Assembly (NCBI GenBank): GCA_000708835.1
Contig: DF237576.1
Location: forward strand, 1 to 49,837
Direction: 5' to 3'
DNA length: 49,837 nt
DNA from: Klebsormidium nitens
Lineage: Eukaryota > Plantae > Klebsormidiophyceae
Shown here: one piece after another, positions 22,119 to 34,200 of the stretch
Layout: the number at the start of each line of letters is the position of its first letter
Numbering within the stretch: the stretch's first letter is position 1
Notes under the pieces: model-generated
Database searches by the model: none
Told to the model about the DNA's origin: nothing
Seen by the model: only the letters and a program-made list of their open reading frames with translations
Program-made: the position numbers and the translations under genes

Positions 22119-23383
22119 CTGCAGAGGAGGAGCAGGAGAGGTAAGGGCTTGACAAGTCAGAGTGATTGAAAGTGCTTTCAGGTGATCAGAACTGGAGAGA
22201 CATTGCGACTCCATTCATTCTAGATACACACAAAAGATTGTCGAAGTATGAGGATTAGACTACTTGCCAGAAATTGTGAACGAGGCTTCCAGCTCTGCAT
22301 AGCACTTACCCACAGAAAGAACTTTTGAAAAGCACTGAAAAGCACTGAATTCTAGTTGTACCTGGTTCTGTCTGATAACAGCACCCTCTCCATTCCTTGT
22401 GAGGACAACCACAACTGGATACGTATCCTGCGCACAACACCACTTGTTAGTCTATAGAGAAAGGGCAGGGTTATGCTTTCTTTCAACAGCTGGAGGATGA
22501 CGACCGACCGTACTATGTTGGTAAGGATCTACGCTATTACAGTGATACTTTCAGCCTCACCGTCATAGAGTCGGAACAGTAGCCCCTGCCCTGCCTTCCC
22601 CACATCCCCTTCCACTCTCCTGCAGTCGACCTTTTTGATCAGAACATCTGATGATGAGTTAGTTTTAATATAATGATATCGCAATGGGAGGGTCACAAGC
22701 AACACAACATCACCAGCAGCACCACCTTAACCGCCCTCCTTTCCAACCATGTCAACAGGTGGATAAATACTACCTTAGAGTTTTTTTGCGGCGTGTCACT
22801 TTGTGACATTTCCACAGCATAACTATGTAAATGTTCCTTCCGCAGCGATTGGACAGGATCATCTTGTGGCCAAACACGTGAAGCTAACCGTTTCAAGCTG
22901 GTAGCAGGTAAGCAGGTAAGGACAACCAACTGATGCAGTATTTCACTGAAATTGAGCCCTTGATAAGTGCAGCTCTCATAGGACAGTCAAGCCTTTATGC
23001 AACCTAGCCACTTAAAGACAGGCGCTCGCAACTCACCCCTTCCGAGTAAACTTTTCACCGCTTGTCTGAGAGCGCTTCCGCCGCTCCAGCGCAGAAAAGC
23101 CATCTCTGCCAATCGAGGCTGTCCAAGGCGGTGAGACCAAAACACAGGGCAACCTGATGCAATCTTGAGGACGAGAAGTGCACCAACGCACGCCGATTTC
23201 GATGTCAGAGGATGGATCGGGAAAAACTGCCTTGCAACTACCACATAATCATACACCTAGAGAGGGGTTTCGGAAATTTTGCAGCCTCTGACATTGTAAC
23301 TTGTTAAGTGTGAGGATAGAGGATGGGGCTTTCTTAGCCTTGCAACGTTGGTGAGCTGGCACCTATGGGAGCAAGGCAAGAAG

Positions 23384-23412
23384 TTAGGGTTTTAACCTTA
23401 GGGTTTAACCTT
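23384..23412 (+). repeat. Short telomere-like TTAGGGTTT motifs
   Basis: TTAGGGTTTTAACCTTAGGGTTTAACC, with another TTTAGGGTT at 23698. Confidence 0.45.
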
Positions 23413-24120
23413 TAAGTTAGTTCCCGGTTTCCGGTCCACCCCCTTCGGACTTCCAAGCACCACGGTGCTCGGTCGGTCGGAGGCCTTTCGACCCCGGTTT
23501 GGGCTCCCCATCCCCGGTGCAAAAAATATTGTACAGGTCGGGGCGTTTTTTTGAGCGAAATTGAGGGGTCGGGGTCGCCGAAGGCGGCCTCGGGGGGCTT
23601 GACGGGGCGCAGCCCCGGGGTCCCGGGGGCCCGAAGGGCCCAAATTTTGATCTGATTGGACTCGAGCATTGCTTGCATGTGCATACCTAATACAGCGTTT
23701 AGGGTTGGAAACCCCATGAATCGTGCTCGAATCGTGTGCACCGAAGCTATAAAGTGTTCAAAGCTACGTGTAATCTAGCCCACATAGTAGTCACGGAAAG
23801 AGACTCACATGCACTTGAGACATATTGGAAGACATATCTACTTCCATCGATGTAAAACCTTCATTCACTAGCTTGTTGCAGTTATACTAATTCTCGCACA
23901 TTTAGATTACAAATCTTTATATATGCATGACAATCTTGGCTTGAATAAATGGGGCCCAAATATTATGTCAAGGTGTCCAGTAATCAATCCATCTTGCAGT
24001 TTTCCTTCACAATCCAAATCGGAGTTCATAATCTATGCCGATGCAGGATTGCAGCCAAAAAAATAACAATAAATGAACAATCACAATAAAATATGCTAGC
24101 CTTGGGCTACCGGTTTGACC

Positions 24121-27100
24121 TCAAGCCTGTGGCTCATTGGTTTCTGACTCACTAGGCTCTACAATCGCTCTCCTATTCGGACATATACATAAACCTACCG
24201 GTTTGCCGCACCCCTTTCGGCAGTGCCGTTTTACACCTTTGCCCCCTCTATTGTTCTTGGCTGGTCGATGATCATGTGAAGATTTGCTCATGTCCTGCAA
24301 CCGTGTGTTTGCAAGTGAAGGATGTGATGGTGGCTGTGGTTGGACAACGGGCACGAACGGCCCTCCGAATGTCGAGTATGGCTGCGGTGCGGATAGGTGC
24401 GCGTGTTGAAAATTTGGCGAAGGGGTGGCGTAGGCGCCAAACGGGTTGGCGGCCATGGGAGTCACTGCGTAGGTGAAAGGCTGCACGGAAGGGTTGTTGT
24501 GAGCGTAGAGTGAGTTCAACGAATCCTTTCGTATGATGCCCGTAACCAGCTCTTTCTCGTACTTCTTCAAAAGCGGAATATTCTTCTGATGAATGGCGTT
24601 GTCCGCTCCCGAGATTCGAGAAACCGTAAGAGCAGCCCTTTGATTCCACTCATAGCACATGTTGGCCCAATTTGTGGAGCTCTTGCTAGAGTATTTGGCG
24701 TACAGCTCGCAGAACAGTCGAACTTCGGCAGGGGTCAATACGGGGCGGAAAAGTTCGCGAAGTGCTGGTCGTCGCACTCCGCGCTTCTTGAGGAAGGGCA
24801 GCCGTCCACTTCTCTTCACGAGTCTTGACCAACCCGAGCAGCCCCATCCACGCCCATGTTATGCTGCTCGTTTGATGTCCCGTCCCTCCCTGAATCACGA
24901 CGGCAACACATTAGAACCGCAAACACACGATTTGCTAGGGCAAAGCAGACCTTTACAAACAGAATTCCTTGACTGCCGAGAGTCCGCACGCCTTAGCATG
25001 CAAAGCTTCTGTACTATCTGCGTCAAGTATTCCGGCTGATTCGGAACTAAAAGCGTGCATCAGAATTGAAAGTGGGCAGTGCATAAACGTAAGCTGGTCG
25101 GCCGCCGTCGGATGTGACCTGCCAAAAGAGATTGGCTAGATACATTGACGGTTTTCTGGGCTCCTTTGTGCATAAGTCTTACGTAAAATGGTCATCAAGA
25201 AGTCTGCAGATGAACGAACTTTCCATATACATGCCAAAGCTTACCGACATAGGAGAGGCCCCCCGAGTGACTCTGCTCAAGAGAACGATGGCTCGAAGGC
25301 TGAAGCGATGCACAGAGGTCTTTCGAGTCTGTCGTCCTCTTTCTCTTCAACGCTGCAGAAGAAGACTGTAACCCTTTAGAAGTAAGCTAAACTGCTCAAC
25401 CGAACTCCAAATGCATGGTCTGCTTTTTGAAAGTATGCTGCTGATATGGACCTTTTGGCCGATCACTTTCAAAAAGTTGTGCAAATTGGAGCTAAAGCCT
25501 TGAATCAGATCAGCCGACTATGTGGTTTGCAAACCTGACACATAAACCAATGCATGCTTTTGATACATCATCGTTATCTCAAACAGATTTGGCAATTTTG
25601 AAGACCGCCGGCAGCAAACTTAATCAGCGCAACAACTTACCGAGCTTTTCCCGTCGGAAAGTGCGGGCATGCTCCCCTAGTGCGGGAGTCGACTGGTGTT
25701 GGGGGCCGGGCCCCACTGCAGCCGATGGCTGCCACTGATGAGTGTGGCCAGCCGATGCAACAGGCTGGGGTGGCTGGCCGTGCTGGTGAGGGACAATGGG
25801 AGCCACGGCAGGCGGCATGCCAACCGTTCGAGGGGGCAGGAAGGGCTGGCTGTACTTAGGGGGGGGCGGAGGGTCAAAGGTTACCCCGCTAGACGGCCCG
25901 GGGTGCTGGAATTGCTGGCCATGATGAGGGCCCATGGGAGCAGTGGGCATCGCGCTGCGCACCCCATGGGACCAGGAAGGCTGGCCNNNNNNNNNNNNNN
26001 NNNNNNNNNNNNNNNNNNNNNNNNNNNNNNNNNNNNNNNNNNNNNNNNNNNNNNNNNNNNNNNNNNNNNNNNNNNNNNNNNNNNNNNNNNNNNNNNNNNN
26101 NNNNNNNNNNNNNNNNNNNNNNNNNNNNNNNNNNNNNNNNNGCTGACCGCCGCAGGGGGCAGGATCGGCCTGCCTTGCAGGGGGGCAGCCGCTGCAACAA
26201 AAGAGCGCACGCCGTCTGCCCAATTGCGGGGCGACTTAAGAATTGGGTGCAGGGGGGCAGACGCCCATGATGCTGTCGAGGCTCGAGGAAAGCTGCTCAA
26301 AACGACAAATAAGGGCGAGCTAGCAACAAAACCGCGTTTCGAAAGGCGATGACTGCCTACCAGAACCTTATGCAATTTTGCACACAAGTGACACGGCAAT
26401 AATCGGCTACGAAAGTCAAGGGACATACACGCACCTGCAGTCTGCGCTTGCCTTTGAAGCTGCTTCTCCAAAATACCCTCAAGCACAGCGGCTTCTTCGT
26501 CCAGTACCTCAGGTTCTTGCTCCCCATCCCCCTCATATGTTGCAGCTGCTTGCATGGCTGCACTTGCAGCATGGACCCCAAATTGCTCTTGTGTGGGGGG
26601 CGCTCGCTGCCACTCGGGGCAGGGGTTTGGCCAGCCCATCGCAGCGCAGACCACCTGCATTTCCGAGTCTAGCAGCCAGTGATCAAACATTCCCCAATCC
26701 TTCGCACCCTTGCTGCGGACTGCGCACTCGTAGTTCCAACGGTAGTTGAAAAGTGCGATGAGGGCCCCGGCTAGCTCGGGGGAGTAGTTGCCTCCTCCAA
26801 GAAGTGCGTTCAGGTGGCGATGGTAGCCCTCAAGCGAAGAGCAGCCGCGGACCCCAATGTACTACCGAGGCATGGCACCAGGCGCGCTAACCAGGATGTA
26901 CATCTTGTCAACCTCGAGTGGATCTGCAAAGAGGTCGAATGGTTGTCAGTTTCGTCAAAGAGAGAAAACACAAAATTGCTTCCCAAAGAGTGGGTTAATC
27001 AGGTCAGAACAGGTCAGGGATAATCGTGAAGAGGTGGTTTGACTGCTAGAAGAAGTCAGCAAAAGGATCATACTCTATTAGAGTCAAGTCTTGAAAGCGC

Positions 27101-30100
27101 ATGTCTCCTGTGCATCAAAAGGAAAAACCCTTCTCATATCTATGCAATCGAAGCGAAGCAGAGAGATGAAGGGCTCCTGATGCTTGACACTCACCACTAA
27201 GAGCTCCTTCTCGCATGAGCTGCACCTGACGCTCATGAGCCGCTCGAACTTCCTCGGTGATGAGGGGGTCTCCATTGACAGCACAAAAAGCTGGCCCATA
27301 CTTGCTCATGACGGCTTCCACACCCGCCACAAGCTCCTCTGGTTGGGGAATGGTGTGCCTGCACCGCGCACGCCAATAGCTAGCAGGCTTTGCATCCACC
27401 TCTGCTTTTGTCCACTTGCGCTTCCCCGGACCTCCCGCCAAAAGAAATGCTCTCAGCGCCTGCTTGTCAGGGTGGTGCACCTTGAACATGGCCGCAGCGT
27501 AGTCACGGCAGAAGTCGGCTGCACGGCGGCAACACAGAAAGTTTGAATCAAACATCGAATTTTGGTTGCACGTGAGTGATTAAGCAACAAGTGTGCACTG
27601 CATATGGTTTAGACTCGAGCAACATGGCCTCAGTTTATGCTTAATCAAGCTACCGTGACCTCCCAAATCGAGGAATCTAAGCAAACTTTTAATGATCAAG
27701 TTTTTCATTGTTCTTTCAAGTCCAACACAGTGAGTGGATAGCAATCTGGTCAGAAGTGGTCTTTCACTGGTGACCTCACATGTTTGAGATGCAGAAACCT
27801 GCCCTCCAAGCAAAGCAATTGGCGCTACTTTGAAACCCTACAGGATCAGAATCAGAAAAGAAACTTCATACATCTACCTTTGCACGAATGGGCATCGGGA
27901 ATGAGCTCAAAAATACGCCGGAGGACATGTGTAGCATCTTCCAGAACCCGAGACAAGCTGGGAATGGCGTTGGAGAGCTGAGCTCCTACAGTCCGCGAAT
28001 TGTCGACCCACATGAATGTTGGCAGCTGTATGAGAAGTAAGAACTTATGTTGGCTTCATGTTACTCAGTGGAACCTGCTGCAGAAGCATTCTTTTGCACA
28101 TCGCGTCATCTTTGCGTCATTTAGCCTCAGGGGGAAACCTGCTCGTCCACATTGTGACAAAAGATACTTCAACTGCAGCACCTAGATGTGGGCAACTCAG
28201 ATGTGAAGAGAGAGGAGGCAGCCACATCCCTAAAGCACCTAGTAAGCAAGCACATCAGATTGTGCATACGTACCTGATAGCCCAAATCTTCATAGCGCTT
28301 CAAGACGCCTGCGAGACCGGACTCATATTCTTCAAAGGAAGTGTCGCCTACTGCCCGTTGCCCCACAATCTGTGACCACTCGTTCATAATAGAATAGACA
28401 GCCGCATAATCCTTGCGTCCATCGCCAGAGCGGATCCGTGATGGAGCTTGAAAGGTGTGGTCCCCCCTCCAGAACGAGCCGTCGACAGCAGCCAGGTGGC
28501 GGCATAGGAACTCCAAGCGGGAGTTCAAGGATGCAAGAATGACTCCTGCGGCAAAAGCAGGATCGCTTAGACATCTGAGCTGCGGAGCTGCGACTGGTTG
28601 CTCTGAAAACGTGTTGGACCAGATCTCATCCATCCAAGGAGCTATACGTGCAGCACAAGAGCAGAATGAAGAGGACATGTGGCACATGAATCTGCAGCAA
28701 CTCCAGCCCGTCGTGCTTGAGCATAAAGAACAATTGATGGAACAACGAACATTATGCACAAAGAGACAGGTTCTCCTACCAATCATGAAGCAGCTGCCGA
28801 ATAAAAGCCTCACCTGAGACCCATGAGGTGGAGGGGATCCAACCCCGATACCCATCCTTGTCATCGTACTCTCCAAAATCAGCTGGAGGAGAGGACTGCT
28901 GCTGGGAGAGCCCTGGAAAGAGACGCGCTCCAGCCTTCTCTTGCCGAAGCTTCACTCTTGCTGCTGCATACTGATAGTAGGTGTTCTTATGCTGGGCGAA
29001 GGTGCGCATATGCGCTTCCTTCACCATCTTCTGCTGGTCAGCAACAGACGCACCCGTTGCCACGTTCCGAACCATGGTGTCTAAAAGGCTGCGCTCAATC
29101 GCACCGCCGCGGGTGAAGATGATTGGAAGCTGCTCGAGGACCGCGGCAGGCAATTGACTCAAAACCCCCTCGTCATGGGAGCGGAACTGGTAGGGCTTGC
29201 CACCATTGGCTGCATTGAGGAACACGAAATGTCAATAAATGATTCAATTGAACTAATTACGGCAAAACTGATCACAATCTGTTTTGTAACACGAGATACT
29301 GTCAAACGGATCAGAGCATCTTGGGTTTGCAACCAAACTCCATCTGCAATCACTGATAACATGATCACCTGTCGCCTGATGATCGGCTACTGTGGAATGA
29401 CTACAAGCCTTGCTTTTGCAACAAAATATAAGCAAAATATGCACTGGGAAACAGGCATCACAATCACCTTAAACAACCAGGTGTGCAAGACAGAACTCCA
29501 GCAGACAATGCAAGTCGTTCTTACCTGGGCAACCCTCACCCTCTTTCTTGCCTTTCCCACACCTATAAACCTTGCTATAGATGAACGCAGGACCATCTGC
29601 TGCACAGACGCGGCGGATCTTGTCGGAGACACCTGTCCATCCGTCAGATGTGACCTTGTCAACCTTGCCGCACTTGGGGCATCTGATAATAGGAACCAGC
29701 TCTCCAAAGAAGAATGGCCAGTAGACAAAGTACACTACTTTGCCTGCAAGGTGAAAGTGGTTGGGCACCAGCGCGTTCTCGCCTCTGCTTGCCTGGACAG
29801 GATTTGGATACTCTCGTTTCATGCTTGGCCAATACCTTGGATCAGGGGCTTGATCCTTGGATGGCCCCAGCCGTGGGTTTATTTCAGGAATCACCCAGGG
29901 TGGCTTATTTTTCTTGTCTGGCCAATCTGCTGGGGCCACCACCTGGCTGTGACACCATTCCACAACATTTGTGGCCTTGACTTCATCCTCAACTCTAGGA
30001 TTGTAAGGGCCAAAAGCGTCTCCTACAGCTGGGGCCTCAGGGCCAGCTTCACCTCTGAGCTCAGCAGTCTGCTTTGACTGATTCGGTTCCATGCCGGTAT

Positions 30101-30128
30101 TGGCAGCTTGACTGGGGGCAGACGCCAT
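24121..30128 (-). pseudogene. Spliced DDE transposase, DUF6729-like / DxxH (MULE-hAT-P-Kolobok) clan; exons 30128-29525, 29209-28814, 28545-28274, 28025-27878, 27518-27195, 26923-26435, then low-complexity and Myb-like exons to 24121
   Basis: N-terminal Cys domain (IRCPKCG..DGW..RRV..YRC). Other motifs: QLP..LPIIFTRGGAIERSL, GDHTF (D1), MWVDN (D2), VLEDATHVLRR (DxxH), RGCSSLEGYHRHLN (E). In-frame TAG at 26862-26864 just before the E motif. Confidence 0.8.
25987..26141. other. Assembly gap (155 N) within a Pro/Gln-rich exon of the transposase
   Basis: Run of N in the sequence. Confidence 1.
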
Positions 30129-30385
30129 GCCTTCGGTTTGTACCTGTCAGAGCTTTACTTGGTATAACAGTCGAAAGAAGACAACGTGCCTGAGCTTCTT
30201 CTCCAGTAGCACTTTGACACCAGCTTTCGAAGTTGTTCAGAAGCTCAATTACGGGTCTCTCACCGAGTCCCACCACAACAACCCTCCAGACCTTGACTGA
30301 TGCTTCCCCCCAGAAGAGCGAGATAGCTGCAGCAACGTCGAGCCGTAGGATTCTGTGCCACGGTTCAAAATCGCATGGACCAGAA

Positions 30386-30505
30386 TGATCGTTAGACCGT
30401 CTTCATGTAACAAATACTTGAACATCATTGGTTGTTAGACCATCTTACTAGCACCAGATTCATCGTTAGACCGTCTTGAAAACCTTAGACGGTCTAACGA
30501 CGAAT
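30386..30505. repeat. Three direct GTTAGACCRTCT repeats ending in a 19-bp inverted repeat with 10-nt loop
   Basis: ATTCATCGTTAGACCGTCT (30458-30476), TGAAAACCTT, AGACGGTCTAACGACGAAT (30487-30505), 1 mismatch. It lies ~330 bp upstream of the transposase ATG. Confidence 0.9.
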
Positions 30506-31240
30506 CACAGCGCAGCATTCGACCCCGATCCACGCCCGCCCGCCCCGGTGCCTGACCTGGCGCCCTGTGAGTGGCTGGATTTTTATGCCGAACTTCATTT
30601 GGCTTGCTGGCAAGTTCCCGCGTCCGTCAGCAATTCTCCACCGTCGATATACTTTGACCGATGCACTCTCCCACGTGTCAGTGAATGGCGCTTGCCAGCT
30701 GTCCTTCACTTTCTTGCCAGCGAAGCAACTGAGCTTTGCAACGTTGCACTTTTCAAAATGGAGGACATTCTTTTTGAAACTGGTGCCAGATGTGCTCAAT
30801 GACAAGAGGGGCGCCAAGCAGGAGCTCGCGTTGAAGGTCTGTCATCGTCTTTCACGTAGAGATATCAATGCAGGAGTGCAGAGGCGCATGTTGCTTCGTT
30901 CAGTGATCGTAGCATGCGAATGCTGATTTTGGAACAGCAGCAGTGGCTTCAGATGAGAGTTCGCCGTCACCTGCTGAGGTCCAATGATTATGCCATCGCC
31001 TGTTGAGGCTGACTGTTGTTAGATTGCTTTCTGACAATAGCTGATTGTGGAACGACCTTGAATAATAGTCAAGCATTGTCTGTAATGAAATTCAACTGCG
31101 CATTTTGAGACCATTGTTCCCTGCCCTGCTTGAGGAACTGAGAGCAAGCACAGTAGACGGTCTCTACCTGGAACGCTGAATTGGCAGCATGGAATCAACG
31201 AGCTTCTAATTGGTGCTTGCACGATCTAAGCTCGTCAGCA

Positions 31241-34200
31241 ATGGCCGCAGTGAGTGGTTCGACATGCGCGGTCCCGTGCAAGCAGTTGCCCAAATGTTTC
31301 GGCACAGCCGCCTCTAGTATGAACGCACGGAATGTGAACAGCTTCCCTCTGCACGGAAGATTGTCTTCTGTAACTAGAAATGGTGGGTCTCAGCTGGTGC
31401 TGGATTTAAATCCAAATGACGGCAATTCGGCCGTCGTGCACAAACCAATCAGAAGGAGGGGCGTATCAAAATGCACAGCCGCGAAATTGGGCCAAGATTG
31501 GAGCCAATTCATGCGCGATGTGACCACCCCCAGGAAGGGATTGGAAGAAGAGGCGCGGCTGGAAAAGTCTAGGCTAGCTCACAGCGCATCAGATGAGAGG
31601 GGTTCTGCGGAACCAGTTGTCTTCCCAACCCACTCCCCTGCATTCGCAAGAATAGAGGCACCGAGGCGGGCCGCCGCCCCGCCTGATGTCAGCAAAGTCG
31701 CTTCTCTTGAGGCGGACCTTGATGGGAAGAAACTTAACCAGGTGCAACTAGACGAGAGGCGGCGGAGGCTGATCGAGCTCGGCAGCCAGGCAGTGAGCAG
31801 TGCGAGCCAAAGGGCCGCTGAGTCAGCGGATGAGGCGTCGAGAACCGCTGCCAAGCTGGCAAGATACGCGAGGCGCCGGTTCCAAGAGCGGACGGGGCGC
31901 GTTTACACGGGGACGACGATTGAGGACGACGTCTTTCCGATTCGGCAACCAACACGGAACGAGTTGTTCCTCATCGTGGGGGTTGCGTTTGCGATTGCGT
32001 CAGCTTTTGCGTGGAGATGGCAGGCAATGCTCGACGCAAAGGGCACCAGGCAAGGCCGCTTTTTTTGTAATCTCCGTGATTTGAGTGACAGTCGTCCTGT
32101 TGCCAGGATTTTGGATTCCCAGGGGTGCAATGCCACACTCCCTGTTCTCTGAGTTTCCACATTCTTCGTACGGCAAAGAGTGCGTCGTGGGCAGGTTTTG
32201 TAAGACAGGATCCGGACGGCAAAGTTACACTGGAAAGATAGAGGGAATGTGTGGCGAACGGCAGGTCCTTGGATTCAACATTACTTCAGTTTTTATTTGA
32301 GTTTAACACTTCTTACCAGAGCCCTAACCACACTCTCCAGCCCATACCGCCCTTGATGCCACACATGGACGACACTAGATTCCTGAACTTTGAAAAGGAA
32401 GTCCCTGATCAGTCCTTTGCAACGCGAGAAGATTCTTTTGTAAAAGCCCACAGCAAACAGTTTAACTCCACCTCAGGCAGACAGATAACGGAGCAGGCCC
32501 TCGAAGAAATCTCATTATCAAGCTTAAGAGACTTTCCCATTTGCTGCGATCCATCTCCAAACAACTGGATGGTGCCCCCTGACTAGAAGCTTCAAAGACC
32601 TTATGGGACAAGACAAGGTGATACAAATCACGTCGACGGGCTGGCCTCTGCTTCGATGTGCCGGGCTCTTCAGGAAGTGACCGCATATTTAGATTCTTGT
32701 AGCTTCTGAAAGCTGACGTTCCAGTGAAGACAACTGAATAGACACCCAACAAAATGAGTCGTGCAAAGGAACAGAAAGCGCTCTTTGGCTAGTCGTCCAA
32801 CGTCAAGCTTACCCTGCTTTCAGACATTAGACATCATCAAAATGGATCCCTGCACGGTTACGAACATCCCTCGGCCTGGGTCCACGTATCAAACAAGCCA
32901 AAGAGAATACTCTGAGTTGTGCAGATAGCAGCGACCCTTTGGCGTCAACCATACTGTGCTTTAACTCGTTAAATGTGGTCAAAACGGATCCTTGCAGGGT
33001 TACAAACATCCCGCCCGAGAAGCCCAAGGACCCAAACAGGCCAAAGACAATACCAAAAGTTGTGCAGAAGAGCAGTGATCTTTCGACGTCAACCATATCG
33101 TGCTTTATTGTTAGACATCATCAAAAGGGATCCCTGCAGGGTTACAAACATCCCCCCCGAGAAGCCCAAGGACCCAAACAGGCCGAAGCTGCCAGCACCG
33201 GTGCCCCCGATGCCGGAGCTTGGGGCCAACCCCCGCCAAAAGGAGAGCGCCGAGTGGCTCAACATGGTGCTCAGCAAGATCTGGAAGGTTTACCAGGTGG
33301 GGAAGGCACTGCGTTTGCGCTGTCTTTCGCAGCGGTCTCACTTCTTGTTTTCTTCATTCCGGACAGGTGATGAGAAGGGTGGTTCGCTGAGGTGTTTGGA
33401 GGAATTGAGAAGCTTTGTCCGTGGATTAGGAATCGGTTGCGCTCTGTTATGAGCGGTCTTTTCTTATGTTTCTTTCTTCCGCCCTTTCTTTTCTCCAATA
33501 CTGGTTAGGAAAGTTTTGAAGATGGTGCTCAGCAAGATCTGGACGGTTTCGCGGGTGGGCAGGGAACTTTCTCTGTGCCCTCTTCACAGCAGATCCCACT
33601 TCTCCCTTCTCTCCTATCTCCCATTTCCCTGTCTTTCTCTTGTCTTTACCTATGAGGGGGTCCTCATTCATGGTGCTCAGCAAGACCTGAAAGATATACC
33701 AGGGGCTTTGGAGATTTCGAAACGCCTGGCTTCATTCTCTCACAGCGCTACAGTGAAAAGCTTTAAGATTCTAAATATCTTACCAGCTGGGCACAAAGAT
33801 TCGGTTCTACTTCAGATGAGAGGGCTTCGTCTTCCTGCCTCTGCAAAAGTGTTGTTCGTCAGACGTTGAGCACAGCCTACTGTGTCATTCTTGGATCACG
33901 ACGATTCCTTATGACATTGATCCAGGCGGAACGCACATTATTGAGATGGCTGAGGGACAAGCAGCCAAGCTGTCGCTTTCGTCCATCTTGTCAACGTCGA
34001 CAAAATGACGGCTCCGATTTCTTCCATCTTCGTTGAGCACAAAAGCGGGGGCCCAAGCTTCCGAGACTGGTCCTGGTCGCTCAACGCTACTGCTCAAATG
34101 CTCTCTCAGACTGGCTGCATAAGCGGAAATCGGACGGCTGTGACAGGTTTTCGGCCACCTCAAACTTAGTGCGTTCTGCTTGTTTTCTGCTCATCTACAG

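Noticed and set aside
28546-28813. Extended ORF 28169..28876 as continuous transposase coding sequence
   Set aside because: The acceptor at 28546-28548 gives a better junction (WIPSTSWVS|GVILASLNSR), so the upstream part is treated as intron.
30476-30926. Overlapping ~110-aa ORFs upstream of NTMC2T5
   Set aside because: They occur on both strands with no motif or splice support, and are likely promoter/UTR sequence.
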